64,000 bases of DNA from Candidatus Daviesbacteria bacterium (GCA_016176465.1 JACOXD010000005.1:3741-67740); one strand, 5' to 3'. Positions 1 through 9,475 are shown, counted from the first letter of the stretch. The notes: generated by a model from the sequence alone, not told the origin. Made by a program: numbers and translations.

Positions 1-111
1 ACTCGCCAATCAAAAATATTAAGTGCCAGAAAAGTTCCTAAAGGAATGAGAGCAGGAGAGCTCTTAATGGGTGCAGAGAACCCAAGCCACTTTACCAAAG
101 CTTTAGGTTAA
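1..111 (+). CDS. 3' end of an upstream gene (partial, C-terminal fragment)
   Basis: An open frame runs from the window edge to TAA at 109-111 (…KVPKGMRAGELLMGAENPSHFTKALG*). No recognisable motif. Confidence 0.25.
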   Translation, partial: TRQSKILSARKVPKGMRAGELLMGAENPSHFTKALG

Positions 112-247
112 TCCTTTTCTTGCAACAGACTTAACTTTCAATTAGAATTTGTGTCTAATCCAAAATTGCGTAGCAATTTTGAGAGGAGGGGTAGGCGTAA
201 ACTGGAGCAATTTAGAAATTATGGAAGTTGAAGCCTTGACCCGACGA

Positions 248-323
248 GGGCAGTTAGCTCAGTTGGTAGAGCGTCCGCTTGACGTGCGGAAGGTTTTCAT
301 AGGTTCGAATCCTATACTGCCCA
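248..323 (+). tRNA. tRNA-Val (anticodon GAC)
   Basis: Hand-folded cloverleaf. Acceptor GGGCAGT/ACTGCCC, D-stem GCTC/GAGC, anticodon stem TCCGC/GCGGA with loop TTGACGT, T-loop TTCGAAT, discriminator A. The variable region is an unusual 8 nt. No encoded CCA. Confidence 0.6.
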
Positions 324-442
324 CAAGCGAAGCGCAGTGGACAGTTCAAGCTCTGCTTATACTGCCCACCCAACTCATTTTACATTCTTCAACCTATAGT
401 TTGAATTTACCAACTGTTTTAGATTATAATTAAGAATCACTT

Positions 443-1396
443 ATGTCTAAACCAGATGGTGGAGAAGAAATCAGACGTACTCCAAGCAGAGAGAATCTTA
501 CTAAAAAGCTAGCCAGGCATGCACTGAGGGGTGAATTTGATTGGGGCACTGTTAAAAGAGGGCTTGCCGAAATCTATGATCTGACTGTTTTAAGAGATGA
601 GCCTCAAAGAAGATTAAGCAGAGTAACTCAAAGAGAAAACTATTTAGGAATAAATGATTTGGACTTTGTGGAATATAAATTTTTAGTTCCAAATACACTT
701 GCGGGATTTTTTGGTGAAAGTATGGTCAAAGCATTAGTATTTGGTCTTCCAGTTGATTCTCAAGTTAAGATTCTCCTAACTGGACTTAGTACTCTCAGGG
801 ATAGCACTGAAAAACTCCACCCCCATGCTGTGGCAGCTTTTTCAGGCCCTACAACATCAGGCTATGCGAAGTTGCCAAATAACGGTTTTTACTCCAGATT
901 CCACGGAGGAGAGAACGTTAAGTTTGAAGATACTAAACCTTCTGGATTAAGACGAGGAGCTTTTGGTATTACTGAATCAGGAGAGTTAAAACTTTTGACC
1001 GATGCTGAAAAATGGATTGCTGTTAGGGCCGGATTTCCAGGGTGGCAATATTTAATCGGAACACCATATTATCTGGATGCTAATTCAGATATGAGCACTG
1101 AAGTTCCCAGCGAAGGTAAATCGCATCTTTCTTATCTAATGCAATATCAAATGGCTGATGGTGGGTTAAAAACAGTATACGCAGTGATAAATCGAATGGT
1201 TTCAAGGCTAGTAATGGAAGAAGTTTTAATGGGCTTTTGCCAAAGGATGAATGGCACTTTTTATAGGGCAGTAGAACTTGAGTATTCAGGTTCTCATTTT
1301 ACGGTCTATCCACCATCAGGTAGAATTGTAAACCGTGGGGGTGGGGGATTTCAGGATTCTAGGCGAGATCATTACTTTGTTGTCCCCAAAAGATAA
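443..1396 (+). CDS. hypothetical protein (317 aa) immediately downstream of tRNA-Val, visibly higher G+C than its surroundings
   Basis: Long ORF with protein-like composition. No motif I recognise. Confidence 0.5.
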   Translation: MSKPDGGEEIRRTPSRENLTKKLARHALRGEFDWGTVKRGLAEIYDLTVLRDEPQRRLSRVTQRENYLGINDLDFVEYKFLVPNTLAGFFGESMVKALVFGLPVDSQVKILLTGLSTLRDSTEKLHPHAVAAFSGPTTSGYAKLPNNGFYSRFHGGENVKFEDTKPSGLRRGAFGITESGELKLLTDAEKWIAVRAGFPGWQYLIGTPYYLDANSDMSTEVPSEGKSHLSYLMQYQMADGGLKTVYAVINRMVSRLVMEEVLMGFCQRMNGTFYRAVELEYSGSHFTVYPPSGRIVNRGGGGFQDSRRDHYFVVPKR

Positions 1397-1440
1397 GTTT
1401 ACTCTTTACATAAACTTTCCTTTTCAATATTATTTAATAA

Positions 1441-1677
1441 GTGTCCACAAAACAAATTGAAAACCACTTAAGCGCTAATGCAAATATGAGAAAAAAAGAT
1501 ATTTTAATTGGCAATTTTTTAGGAGGGTTAGCTTGGGGGTTTGGGACAGTGATTGGGGCAACTATAGTTGCTGCACTTTTAATAGCAATACTTCGCAGTG
1601 TTAATGTTCTACCTGTGATTGGTGTGATAACCAATACTGTTTTAGAAACAGTTGAGCAAAGACAAAACAAAGATTAA
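1441..1677 (+). CDS. small membrane protein (78 aa, one C-terminal TM helix GGLAWGFGTVIGATIVAALLIAIL)
   Basis: Preferred over the antisense ORF 1434..1670, which is S/L/T-rich like a shadow frame. Confidence 0.45.
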   Translation: MSTKQIENHLSANANMRKKDILIGNFLGGLAWGFGTVIGATIVAALLIAILRSVNVLPVIGVITNTVLETVEQRQNKD

Positions 1678-1678
1678 T

Positions 1679-1856
1679 TTGACAAGCAACTGTGATAATT
1701 ATAAAATTAAATTGCAAGCGTTGATAGAGACTCACCAACTCTGGAGTTTGCAGAGTGATTGTCTTAAAAGATCAAAGAGAATAATTAAGGGTGGAACCAT
1801 CCTGAGCAAGTCGAAGGGTCCCTAATTCGCATTTTTGCGAAGAAGGGATTTTTTTT
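1679..1856 (+). promoter_or_regulatory. thrS promoter (TTGACA-N17-TAAAAT at 1679-1707) plus a T-box-like leader with an intrinsic terminator
   Basis: AATTAAGGGTGGAACCATCC at 1783-1802 closely matches the T-box consensus AAUUAGGGUGGUACCGCGG. A hairpin GGGTCCCT…AGGGA followed by a T8 tract ends directly at the ATG. An ACC-A triplet (Thr codon plus purine) at about 1753 could be the specifier. Confidence 0.4.
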
Positions 1857-3641
1857 ATGGATTCTAATGACAAAGATACCTTAAACAATTTGCGCCATAG
1901 CGCTGCCCACCTTTTAGCAGCTGCAGTGATGCAGCTTTATCCGAACGCCAAAAGAACGATAGGTCCAGCCATAGAAGATGGATTTTATTATGACTTCGAT
2001 TTTGGAGAGACCAAAATTTCAGAAGAGGATTTTTCAAAAATTGAGAGAAAAATGGCAGAAATTTTGCCAAGCTGGAGTGGTTTTGAAAGGCATGAATTGT
2101 CTGCAGATGAAGCAAAGAAAGAATATCCAAATAATGAGTATAAACAGGAGTTAATAGATGAATTCACTCAAAATGGAGAAAAAGTAACTTTCTATAAATC
2201 AGGTGAATATTGGGACTTATGTAAAGGAGGTCATGTAGAGAATCCTTCTAAAGAAATTGGTGCATTTAAACTTCTATCTATTGCTGGTGCCTACTGGAGA
2301 GGTTCAGAAAAAAATAAGCAGAGCTTGGCCTCCAATGCTGCTCGCATGAAGGCTAAAATGTTAACTAGAATTTATGGTACAGCTTTCCCAACTCAGAAGG
2401 AGCTGGATGACTATCTCAAAATGCTGGAGGAAGCTAAAAGAAGAGATCATCGAAAACTGGGTAAAGAGTTAGATCTATTTGTTTTCTCCGATTTAGTTGG
2501 TGCTGGTTTACCTTTATTTACTCCTAAAGGAACTATTCTAAGAGATAAGCTTTTTGAGTTCTCTGAAAGTTTACAACTTGCAGAAGGATATCAAAAGGTA
2601 TGGATCCCACATATTACTAAAACTGAACTTTATAAAAAGAGTGGCCACTGGGATAAATTTGGTTCGGAGTTATTTTTAGTTAAATCCCAAGAAACTGATG
2701 ATCAATTTGTCCTAAAACCTATGAACTGTCCGCATCATATTCAAATCTATGCATCTAGAAAAAGAAGCTATAAAGATTTACCAATTAGATATATGGAAAC
2801 AACTGTCCAATATAGAGATGAAAAAGCAGGAGAAATGTTAGGACTCTCTCGAGTTAGATCCATTTCTATTGATGATGCTCATATTTTTGTAAAGCCAGAT
2901 CAAATTGAGGAGGAATTTAGAAAAATTATGAATATGGTAAAACAAATGTATGAAGCTTTAAATATGAAGTTTAAAGCTAGATTATCTTTCCGGGATGACT
3001 CGGATAAGTATTTAGGCGATAAAAAAGATTGGGAAAATGCTCAGAGTGTATTAGAGGATGTGGCAAAAAAATTAAAGATAAACTATTTTCTAGCAGAAGG
3101 AGAGGCAGCATTTTATGGACCAAAAATAGATATTATGGTAACTGACTCTTTAGGTAGAGAGTGGCAGTGTGCAACAGAACAGTTAGACTTTGTCCAACCT
3201 GCCAGGTTTGGAATCACCTATACTGATGAGGATGGGAAGGAGAAAACTCCATATTTAATTCACAAGGCACTACTTGGCTCAATAGAGCGATTTTTATCAG
3301 TTTATATTGAACATACAGGGGGTGCTTTTCCTGTCTGGTTATCACCAGTACAAGTAAAAATTATACCTATCTCAGATAAAAACTTAGAATACTCTAGGAA
3401 AGTTATGGAACAATTAAGAGAAAAAAATATCAGAGTAGAACTGGATGATAGAGCAGAAACAATGCAATCTAAAATTAGAGCTGCGCAAATGCAAAAGGTT
3501 CCTTATATGTTAATTATTGGAGGAAGGGAAGAAGAAGCTAAAAAGGTTGCTGTAAGAAAAAGAAATGGTGAAGATTTAGGGGCACTAGATTTAGAAGAAT
3601 TTGTTAATAAATTACAGGCTGAGATTGAATCTAAAAGTTGA
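1857..3641 (+). CDS. thrS: threonine--tRNA ligase
   Basis: 594 aa with the class II ThrRS signatures (…RDHRKLGKELDLF…, HR/GxxxG catalytic core) and a C-terminal anticodon-binding domain. Confidence 0.9.
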   Translation: MDSNDKDTLNNLRHSAAHLLAAAVMQLYPNAKRTIGPAIEDGFYYDFDFGETKISEEDFSKIERKMAEILPSWSGFERHELSADEAKKEYPNNEYKQELIDEFTQNGEKVTFYKSGEYWDLCKGGHVENPSKEIGAFKLLSIAGAYWRGSEKNKQSLASNAARMKAKMLTRIYGTAFPTQKELDDYLKMLEEAKRRDHRKLGKELDLFVFSDLVGAGLPLFTPKGTILRDKLFEFSESLQLAEGYQKVWIPHITKTELYKKSGHWDKFGSELFLVKSQETDDQFVLKPMNCPHHIQIYASRKRSYKDLPIRYMETTVQYRDEKAGEMLGLSRVRSISIDDAHIFVKPDQIEEEFRKIMNMVKQMYEALNMKFKARLSFRDDSDKYLGDKKDWENAQSVLEDVAKKLKINYFLAEGEAAFYGPKIDIMVTDSLGREWQCATEQLDFVQPARFGITYTDEDGKEKTPYLIHKALLGSIERFLSVYIEHTGGAFPVWLSPVQVKIIPISDKNLEYSRKVMEQLREKNIRVELDDRAETMQSKIRAAQMQKVPYMLIIGGREEEAKKVAVRKRNGEDLGALDLEEFVNKLQAEIESKS

Positions 3642-3661
3642 TTATGTTAAGATTGCGCTAA

Positions 3662-3730
3662 TGTCATTCTGAATGTAGTGAAGAATCTAGAGATCCTTCT
3701 CCCCTCCGGGGTCCCGCACTCAGGATGACA
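3662..3730. repeat. family-1 palindromic element, intergenic copy between thrS and infC
   Basis: TGTCATTCTGAATG…GAAGAATCTAGAGATCCTTC…CCCCTCCGGGG…CTCAGGATGACA. The termini are inverted repeats. See copies at 21141, 21902, 25105 and 63342. Confidence 0.8.
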
Positions 3731-3754
3731 ATTTTTTAGGAGGTATAAAAAAAA

Positions 3755-4300
3755 ATAGGTAAATACTATCGCCTTAATGAGCGAATTCAAGCAGCTAAAC
3801 TTTTAGTAATTGATGCGAGTGATGGTCCACTTGGTGAACTCACTAAAGAAGAAGCATTAGCAAAAGCAAAGATGAAAGGCTTGGATTTAGTAGAAATTGC
3901 CCCAAATGCTAATCCACCCGTTGCTAAAATCCTTGATTTTCAAAAATTTAAGTATGATGAAAATAAAAAAGAACAAGCTGCCAAAAAGCACGCTAAAAGC
4001 GTTGAGGTAAAAGAGCTTTGGCTTTCACCTAGAATTGCAGATCATGATCTAGAGACCAGGCTAAAAAGGGCAGAAGAGTTTTTAGCAGAGGGAAATAAGA
4101 TATTGTTTAGGGTTAAATTTAGAGGTAGAGAAATGGCGCATCAGGAGTTTGGTTACCAACTTTTAGATAAAGTAGTTGCGTCTTTAAAAGATAAGGCTGC
4201 GATTGAGCGAGAACCTAAAATGGAAGGAAGAAGCCTAACTATCATTTTAGGCAAGTCTAAAGGAGGACATAGTGAAAAGACAGAAAAAATACAAGCTTAA
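3755..4300 (+). CDS. infC: translation initiation factor IF-3, probable non-AUG (AUA) start
   Basis: The ORF track begins at ATG 3872 (MKGLDLVEIAPNANPPV…), but the frame is open back to a stop at 3746-3748. The upstream stretch encodes the conserved IF3 N-domain (IGKYYRLNERIQAAKLLVIDASDGPLGELTKEEAL…). AGGAGG at 3738-3743 sits 11 nt before ATA 3755. Non-AUG infC starts are a known autoregulatory feature. Confidence 0.5.
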   Translation: MGKYYRLNERIQAAKLLVIDASDGPLGELTKEEALAKAKMKGLDLVEIAPNANPPVAKILDFQKFKYDENKKEQAAKKHAKSVEVKELWLSPRIADHDLETRLKRAEEFLAEGNKILFRVKFRGREMAHQEFGYQLLDKVVASLKDKAAIEREPKMEGRSLTIILGKSKGGHSEKTEKIQA

Positions 4301-4487
4301 GACCAAAAAATCAGTTATCAAAAGAATAAAGATCACCGGTACCGGTAAGTTAATGCGTTCTCATCAAATGAGAACCAGCCATTTAAAAAGGCATAAGTCT
4401 AAAAGCGCACTAAGGCGCCATGCCAAACCTATGCAAGTTCATAAGACAAATGTTAGACAATTAAAAAGACTATTGGGGATGAATTAA
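4272..4487 (+). CDS. rpmI: 50S ribosomal protein L35 (GTG start)
   Basis: 71 aa and strongly basic (…KRHKSKSALRRHAKP…). AGGAGG at 4261-4266. The start overlaps the infC stop. Confidence 0.8.
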   Translation: MKRQKKYKLKTKKSVIKRIKITGTGKLMRSHQMRTSHLKRHKSKSALRRHAKPMQVHKTNVRQLKRLLGMN

Positions 4488-4721
4488 AACATAAGAACCT
4501 GCAAAGCAGAACCTTGCCTTTTAAATTTAGGCATTTGAAAAAGAAAGGATAATTTAAAAAGTGGGAAAAAGTACTAAAAATTTTAGACAATCAAACAAGT
4601 CTCAATCTGGAAATATGGGTGCCAGGAACTTTGCTAAAAATCAGAGGATTCCTTGGCATTCTAAAATAATGAATTTTATCAAGGTTCGTGGTAAAAACAA
4701 TTTTTAAAGGAGGTAAAAATA

Positions 4722-5069
4722 GTGGCTAGAGTTAAAAGAGGGTTGGCATCACATGCTAAACATACTAAATTAAGAAAATTAGTCAAAGGCCATCGTGGCG
4801 GAAGAAGCAAGCTTATTAAACAAGCTAAAGAATCTTTTCTACATGCTGGTCAGTATGCTTTTGCTGGAAGAAAGCTTCGTAAAAGAGATATGAGAAAGCT
4901 TTGGATAACTCAAATTAATAATGCTATAAGGCTTGAAGGTCTATCCTACTCTAAATTTATTACCTCACTAAAGAGTAAAAAAATTAACTTGGATAGGAAA
5001 ATTTTAGCAGAGCTTGCTGTGAATCACCCAGAAGATTTTAAACAAATAGTTTCCAAAGTAAAGAACTAG
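4722..5069 (+). CDS. rplT: 50S ribosomal protein L20 (GTG start)
   Basis: MARVKRG…HRGGRSKL…; completes the canonical infC-rpmI-rplT order. Confidence 0.9.
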   Translation: MARVKRGLASHAKHTKLRKLVKGHRGGRSKLIKQAKESFLHAGQYAFAGRKLRKRDMRKLWITQINNAIRLEGLSYSKFITSLKSKKINLDRKILAELAVNHPEDFKQIVSKVKN

Positions 5070-5078
5070 TTGTGGTTA

Positions 5079-6572
5079 TTAGTACACAGTAACATTTACT
5101 CCAGTTATTGGATTCCAGGTCATATAACCTCCCTGGAAGTTTTGTCTAACACCCAAGCCTGAGGAAAACTCATCGGAAGTTGGGAATCTTAACTTATTGT
5201 GGTTGTTATTTTGTAGATATTCACTCCAAAAACCTAGCTGAACTCTATATCCTGTATCAAAAATAGCTAAAGGACCAAATTCTCCACCTTTAAAGTCCTG
5301 GACATATCCGAAGTCCCAAGTATGAGCGTAAACACTCCCACCATTATCATAAGGTGAGCCAAAGGCTTTTAAGCCTCCTTTATTTTTAAAATAACTACTT
5401 ATTTTAGTAACCGTAGTACCATTAGATTTCTTACCTTCATAAGTATTAGCAGTTTTAAATTTGGAATAAGAGGGCTTCTGGGTTCCATCAGCTCGATACA
5501 GTCCAAAGTATAAACCAGCTTTTGGATCCTCCTCTAATTTAAACCAGAGAGCACTATCTACAACACCCTTTCCTTTTATAATTTTAAATGCCTTTTCTAA
5601 ATTAGAGGCTTGTTGGGATTCACTCATGTTATTGGTTGCCCAACCAAATTCTGTTATCCAAATTTTTTTATTTGAGAAGACCCCCTCCCATTTTTTAATC
5701 ACATCTTGGTAATAGTTAATGTAGTTTAAGAAAGCTGTTGTATCTAAAACAGAGTTAGATGGCCATTGGTTAATATAAATATGCTGTCCAATTGCGTCCA
5801 AAGGATAAGTTCCATAGGTAGCTTTAGCCCAAGCAAACTTACCTGTTTGATTAATTCCCATATTATAAGTATCAGATAAATAATCTGCACCTGCAGGTCC
5901 TGGTGCAAAACCGGAAATATCATGTCCGAAAATTCCACCAGATATAATTTGAACATCAATTTTATTGTAATAGTGGACTTGAGAGTGGGCGTGGGTTAAC
6001 ATAGCAGCGAAATTGGATGGATAAATAAAGCTTCCTCCTGGACTATCTGGATTTTGATTAGGGTCCTGGGAATAGGCATTTGGCTCATTCCAAATCTCCC
6101 AATATTTTATCTTACCTTCCCAGTGCTTAGCCATTCTGGCAAATGCATAACCATATTTATCTATATAGGTGTTATAACCATCCCCACCTCTTTTTTCATT
6201 ATTATTAGCAACCCAATCTTGCTGAGAACCGGGCCAAGACTCATTAGACATAAGCCCCACGATTTGTAAACCTCTACTTCTTAATCTATTAACAATGCCA
6301 TCATAAACTGAGTAAAACTCGCTGTTGTCAGAACCATATGGGCTAACTATAAAATTAAGTCTGACCCAGCCTGCGCCTGATTTTGCTAATTGATCTGCAA
6401 CTGCATCGGTTAAGTAAAGCTGCTTGGTTGTTCCATCAATAGGAGCACCAAATTGGACACCCATTGGCCCTGCTGCTAAAGTGGTTGCAGGTAAAGAAAG
6501 AAAAGTAAATAATAAAAATATTATCAGAAAGTAGAGAATTTTCTTGAAATTTAAAGTTACTTTTAAAAACAC
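5079..6572 (-). CDS. secreted glycoside hydrolase, clan GH-A (GH5-like)
   Basis: N-terminal signal/TM segment, WEIWNEPN (acid/base Glu) and KIWITEFGW (nucleophile Glu) motifs. Confidence 0.7.
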   Translation of the reverse strand: MFLKVTLNFKKILYFLIIFLLFTFLSLPATTLAAGPMGVQFGAPIDGTTKQLYLTDAVADQLAKSGAGWVRLNFIVSPYGSDNSEFYSVYDGIVNRLRSRGLQIVGLMSNESWPGSQQDWVANNNEKRGGDGYNTYIDKYGYAFARMAKHWEGKIKYWEIWNEPNAYSQDPNQNPDSPGGSFIYPSNFAAMLTHAHSQVHYYNKIDVQIISGGIFGHDISGFAPGPAGADYLSDTYNMGINQTGKFAWAKATYGTYPLDAIGQHIYINQWPSNSVLDTTAFLNYINYYQDVIKKWEGVFSNKKIWITEFGWATNNMSESQQASNLEKAFKIIKGKGVVDSALWFKLEEDPKAGLYFGLYRADGTQKPSYSKFKTANTYEGKKSNGTTVTKISSYFKNKGGLKAFGSPYDNGGSVYAHTWDFGYVQDFKGGEFGPLAIFDTGYRVQLGFWSEYLQNNNHNKLRFPTSDEFSSGLGVRQNFQGGYMTWNPITGVNVTVY

Positions 6573-6676
6573 TTAAAATTTATTTTCTCTGCTCTAAATA
6601 CATTTTGGGGAGTTTTAAAGTTGCTGTCAATACCTCAATAGTTTATTAAAGTCTATTATGTTAAAATTTTTCAACT

Positions 6677-7720
6677 ATGGATTGGAAGATTTTAAATATC
6701 AAAAATAGCTACTTAGAAAAAATTTCTCGAGCAAAATCCTTAAATGAATTGGATGAAATTTACCTTACTCTTTTTGGAAAATCAGGGGAAATTACATTAC
6801 TCCCTAAAAATTTCTCAGAGCTTTCCAAAGAAGATCTATCTAAAATTGGGCCACTGTTTAATAGGGTAAAAACTGAATTAGAAAAAGCAATAGATGATAG
6901 AAGGGAAAAGGTAAGAGAGAGTGTTTATAAGCAGCTTAAAGACGAGGAACTGGAACTAGAAGAAGGAAGCATTAAAAAAAGAAAAGGACATCTCCATCCG
7001 ATAACTGCTTTAAATGAAGAAATCGCTAATTTGGGAAAAAAGATTGGCTTTCAGCAATTTAGCGCTCCTCATATAGACAGCGATTATTATAATTTTGAAG
7101 GCTTAAATATTCCCTATGGTCATCCTGCCAGAGATCTCTGGGACACTTTATATATTGATCATCCAGAAAAATATGGATTCAAAGAGGGACAACTACTGTT
7201 GAGAACCCACACTTCAAACGCTCAGATTAGGATTATGAAAGAGTTAAAGCTTCCCATTAGGATTATGGTTATTGATAGACTATTCCGCTTTGAAAATTTA
7301 GATGCCAGACATGAGCATACTTTTGACCAATTTGAAATTGTTTACGTGGATAAAGGTGTGAGTATGGCAAATTTACAATATTTATCAGAATATTTCTTGA
7401 AACATATTTTTGGCAAAGATATTAAGGTAAGACTCCGTCCAAAATACTATCCTTTTGTGGAGCCAGGAGCAGGGGTGGATGGAGAGTGTATTTTCTGCAA
7501 AGGTAAAGGGTGTAAGATTTGTGGGGGAGTTGGCTGGTTAGAATTGGCAGGGGCAGGAATGATTCATCCTTTTGTCTTAAACATGGGTGGAATTGATCCA
7601 GAAAAATACTCAGGATTAGCCTGGGGATTTGGACCATTCAGAATGGCGATGCTTAAGTATGGAGTAGAAGATATCAGACTTTTCAATAGCGGGGACTTAA
7701 GGTTCCTAGAAAGGTTTTAA
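6677..7720 (+). CDS. pheS: phenylalanine--tRNA ligase alpha subunit
   Basis: FRFENLDARHEHTFDQFE class II motif, C4 zinc knuckle (CIFCKGKGCKICGG), …GAGMIHP…GFGPFRMAM. Confidence 0.9.
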   Translation: MDWKILNIKNSYLEKISRAKSLNELDEIYLTLFGKSGEITLLPKNFSELSKEDLSKIGPLFNRVKTELEKAIDDRREKVRESVYKQLKDEELELEEGSIKKRKGHLHPITALNEEIANLGKKIGFQQFSAPHIDSDYYNFEGLNIPYGHPARDLWDTLYIDHPEKYGFKEGQLLLRTHTSNAQIRIMKELKLPIRIMVIDRLFRFENLDARHEHTFDQFEIVYVDKGVSMANLQYLSEYFLKHIFGKDIKVRLRPKYYPFVEPGAGVDGECIFCKGKGCKICGGVGWLELAGAGMIHPFVLNMGGIDPEKYSGLAWGFGPFRMAMLKYGVEDIRLFNSGDLRFLERF

Positions 7721-7733
7721 AGGGAATATAAGA

Positions 7734-9455
7734 ATGAAAGTATCTTTTAACTGGCTAAGAGAGTTTGTTGATTTAAATATTTCTAATGAGGAGTTAACTA
7801 AACTTCTACCTTTGCGGACTATTGGTGTTAAGGAAGTTACACAAGATTTTGTAGAGTTAGATATGAAGGGCTACAACAGAGCAGACCTCTTATCATTAAG
7901 GGGTGTTGCGTATGAGGTAGCTGCCATAACTGGTTCAAAGCTAAAGTTTATTGAGATAGACATCAGTGGGGACAAAATCATGCTCGAGCATAAAGATATC
8001 CTTGAATTTAGGACAAAAGTTGAGGATCCACAAAGGGCTCCTTTATATACCTTGGTAAAAATAGAAGGCTTAAGGGTAGGTAAGTCAACCGAAAGTTGGA
8101 TAAAAAAGTTAAAAGACTCAGGAATAAGGTCAATTAATAACATTGCAGATGTTACAAACTTAGTAATGGTGGAGTATGGTCAACCCATGCATGCTTTTGA
8201 TGGAGATAAGATAGATGAGGAGATAGTTGTCAGAATTGCCAACAAGGGGGAAAGGATAAAAACTTTAGATGGAAAAGAGAGAGTCTTAAGTTCTGAGGAC
8301 TTATTAATAACTGATCCACAAAGAGCTGTAGGAATTGCGGGGGTAATGGGAGGAGAAAATAGCGAAGTAACAGATTCAACAACTACTATTTTTTTAGAAG
8401 CAGCAATTTTTGACTCACAAACTATTAGGAAAACTTCAACCAGGCTAGGATTAGTTTCCGAGGCATCAAAAAGATTTGTTCATGGGTTAACCCAAAGAAG
8501 GTTATTCCAAGCTTTAGATGCTGCTATAAAAATGTATGAAGATTTGGGTGGGAAACTTAAAGCTATAACTATGGAGGGCACTACATTTGATCCAATAAAA
8601 AGGATTCCTTTAACTTTAGAGAAAGTAAGATCTTTAATAGGTGTTGAGATCTCTCCTAAAGACACTGAAAATTACTTAAAAAAACTAAACTTTAAACTTC
8701 AAAGAAGAGGTGTGAACGTAAATCACCCGGAGGGTGTAATTGATAATTGGGAAATTATCCCACCATATTTTAGATTAGATATAGAAATAGAAGAAGATGT
8801 AGTAGAGGAAGTTGCTAGGATGTACGGCTATGAAAAAATCCCATCACAAGAATTAAAGGGATCGCTACCCTCCAAAATTGACCAAACTCAGTTTGAATTA
8901 ATTTCTAAACTTAAAAAAACTTTAGTGGATTTAGGCTTAACTGAGGTTCAAACCTACTCTTTTTATTCAACTGATGTTTTAAGAAACTTAGGCTGGATGG
9001 ATCATCTTGATAAACTAATTAAAGTAGCTAACCCAATATCTTCTGAAACAGAGTTTTTAAGACAAAACATCTGGTCAAATCTTTTAGAAGTAGCTGCAAA
9101 GAATTCAAAAAGAGGCTTTAGGGATATAGTAATTTTTGAAGTGGGCAAAATCTATTGGATAAACCAAGAGGGAGAATATAATGAGAAATATTCTTTAGCA
9201 ATTTTACTGGTAAACAATACAGATAACCCTATCCAAGAATTGTATAATATCTTCCAAGGTGTAAAGCTATCACACCTCCGAGGTGTTAGTATGTTGAAGA
9301 TGGATAGACAAGCAAATTTCCATCCTACTCGTTTTGCTTTTTTGCAGAAAAATGATAAAACCACTGGTTTCTTAGCTGAGTTACACCCAAGAGTAGTTAA
9401 TAAGTTTGGGGTTGAGCAAAGAGTAGCAGCTTTAGAGATTGACATTAACCTATAA
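7734..9455 (+). CDS. pheT: phenylalanine--tRNA ligase beta subunit (short form, 573 aa)
   Basis: B3/B4 and B5 domain signatures (…IEEDVVEEVARMYGYEKIP…) directly downstream of pheS. Confidence 0.85.
   Translation: MKVSFNWLREFVDLNISNEELTKLLPLRTIGVKEVTQDFVELDMKGYNRADLLSLRGVAYEVAAITGSKLKFIEIDISGDKIMLEHKDILEFRTKVEDPQRAPLYTLVKIEGLRVGKSTESWIKKLKDSGIRSINNIADVTNLVMVEYGQPMHAFDGDKIDEEIVVRIANKGERIKTLDGKERVLSSEDLLITDPQRAVGIAGVMGGENSEVTDSTTTIFLEAAIFDSQTIRKTSTRLGLVSEASKRFVHGLTQRRLFQALDAAIKMYEDLGGKLKAITMEGTTFDPIKRIPLTLEKVRSLIGVEISPKDTENYLKKLNFKLQRRGVNVNHPEGVIDNWEIIPPYFRLDIEIEEDVVEEVARMYGYEKIPSQELKGSLPSKIDQTQFELISKLKKTLVDLGLTEVQTYSFYSTDVLRNLGWMDHLDKLIKVANPISSETEFLRQNIWSNLLEVAAKNSKRGFRDIVIFEVGKIYWINQEGEYNEKYSLAILLVNNTDNPIQELYNIFQGVKLSHLRGVSMLKMDRQANFHPTRFAFLQKNDKTTGFLAELHPRVVNKFGVEQRVAALEIDINL
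8715..8738. repeat. family-2 REP-like hairpin (AACGTAAATCACCCGGAGGGTGTA) inside the pheT coding sequence
   Basis: Shares the 16-nt core TCACCCGGAGGGTGTA, plus the flank, with the hairpins flanking the RayT-like gene at 33184-33199 and 33940-33955. Encodes …VNVNHPEGVIDN…, which is longer than the corresponding E. coli/B. subtilis loop. Confidence 0.6.
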
Positions 9456-9475
9456 ATATACTAATCTTCAAGCAA

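Noticed and set aside
1434-1670. Minus-strand 78-aa ORF overlapping 1441..1677
   Set aside because: Shadow frame; the plus-strand product has a clean TM helix and better context.
1864-2130. Minus-strand ORF inside thrS
   Set aside because: Antisense to a confidently assigned aaRS gene.
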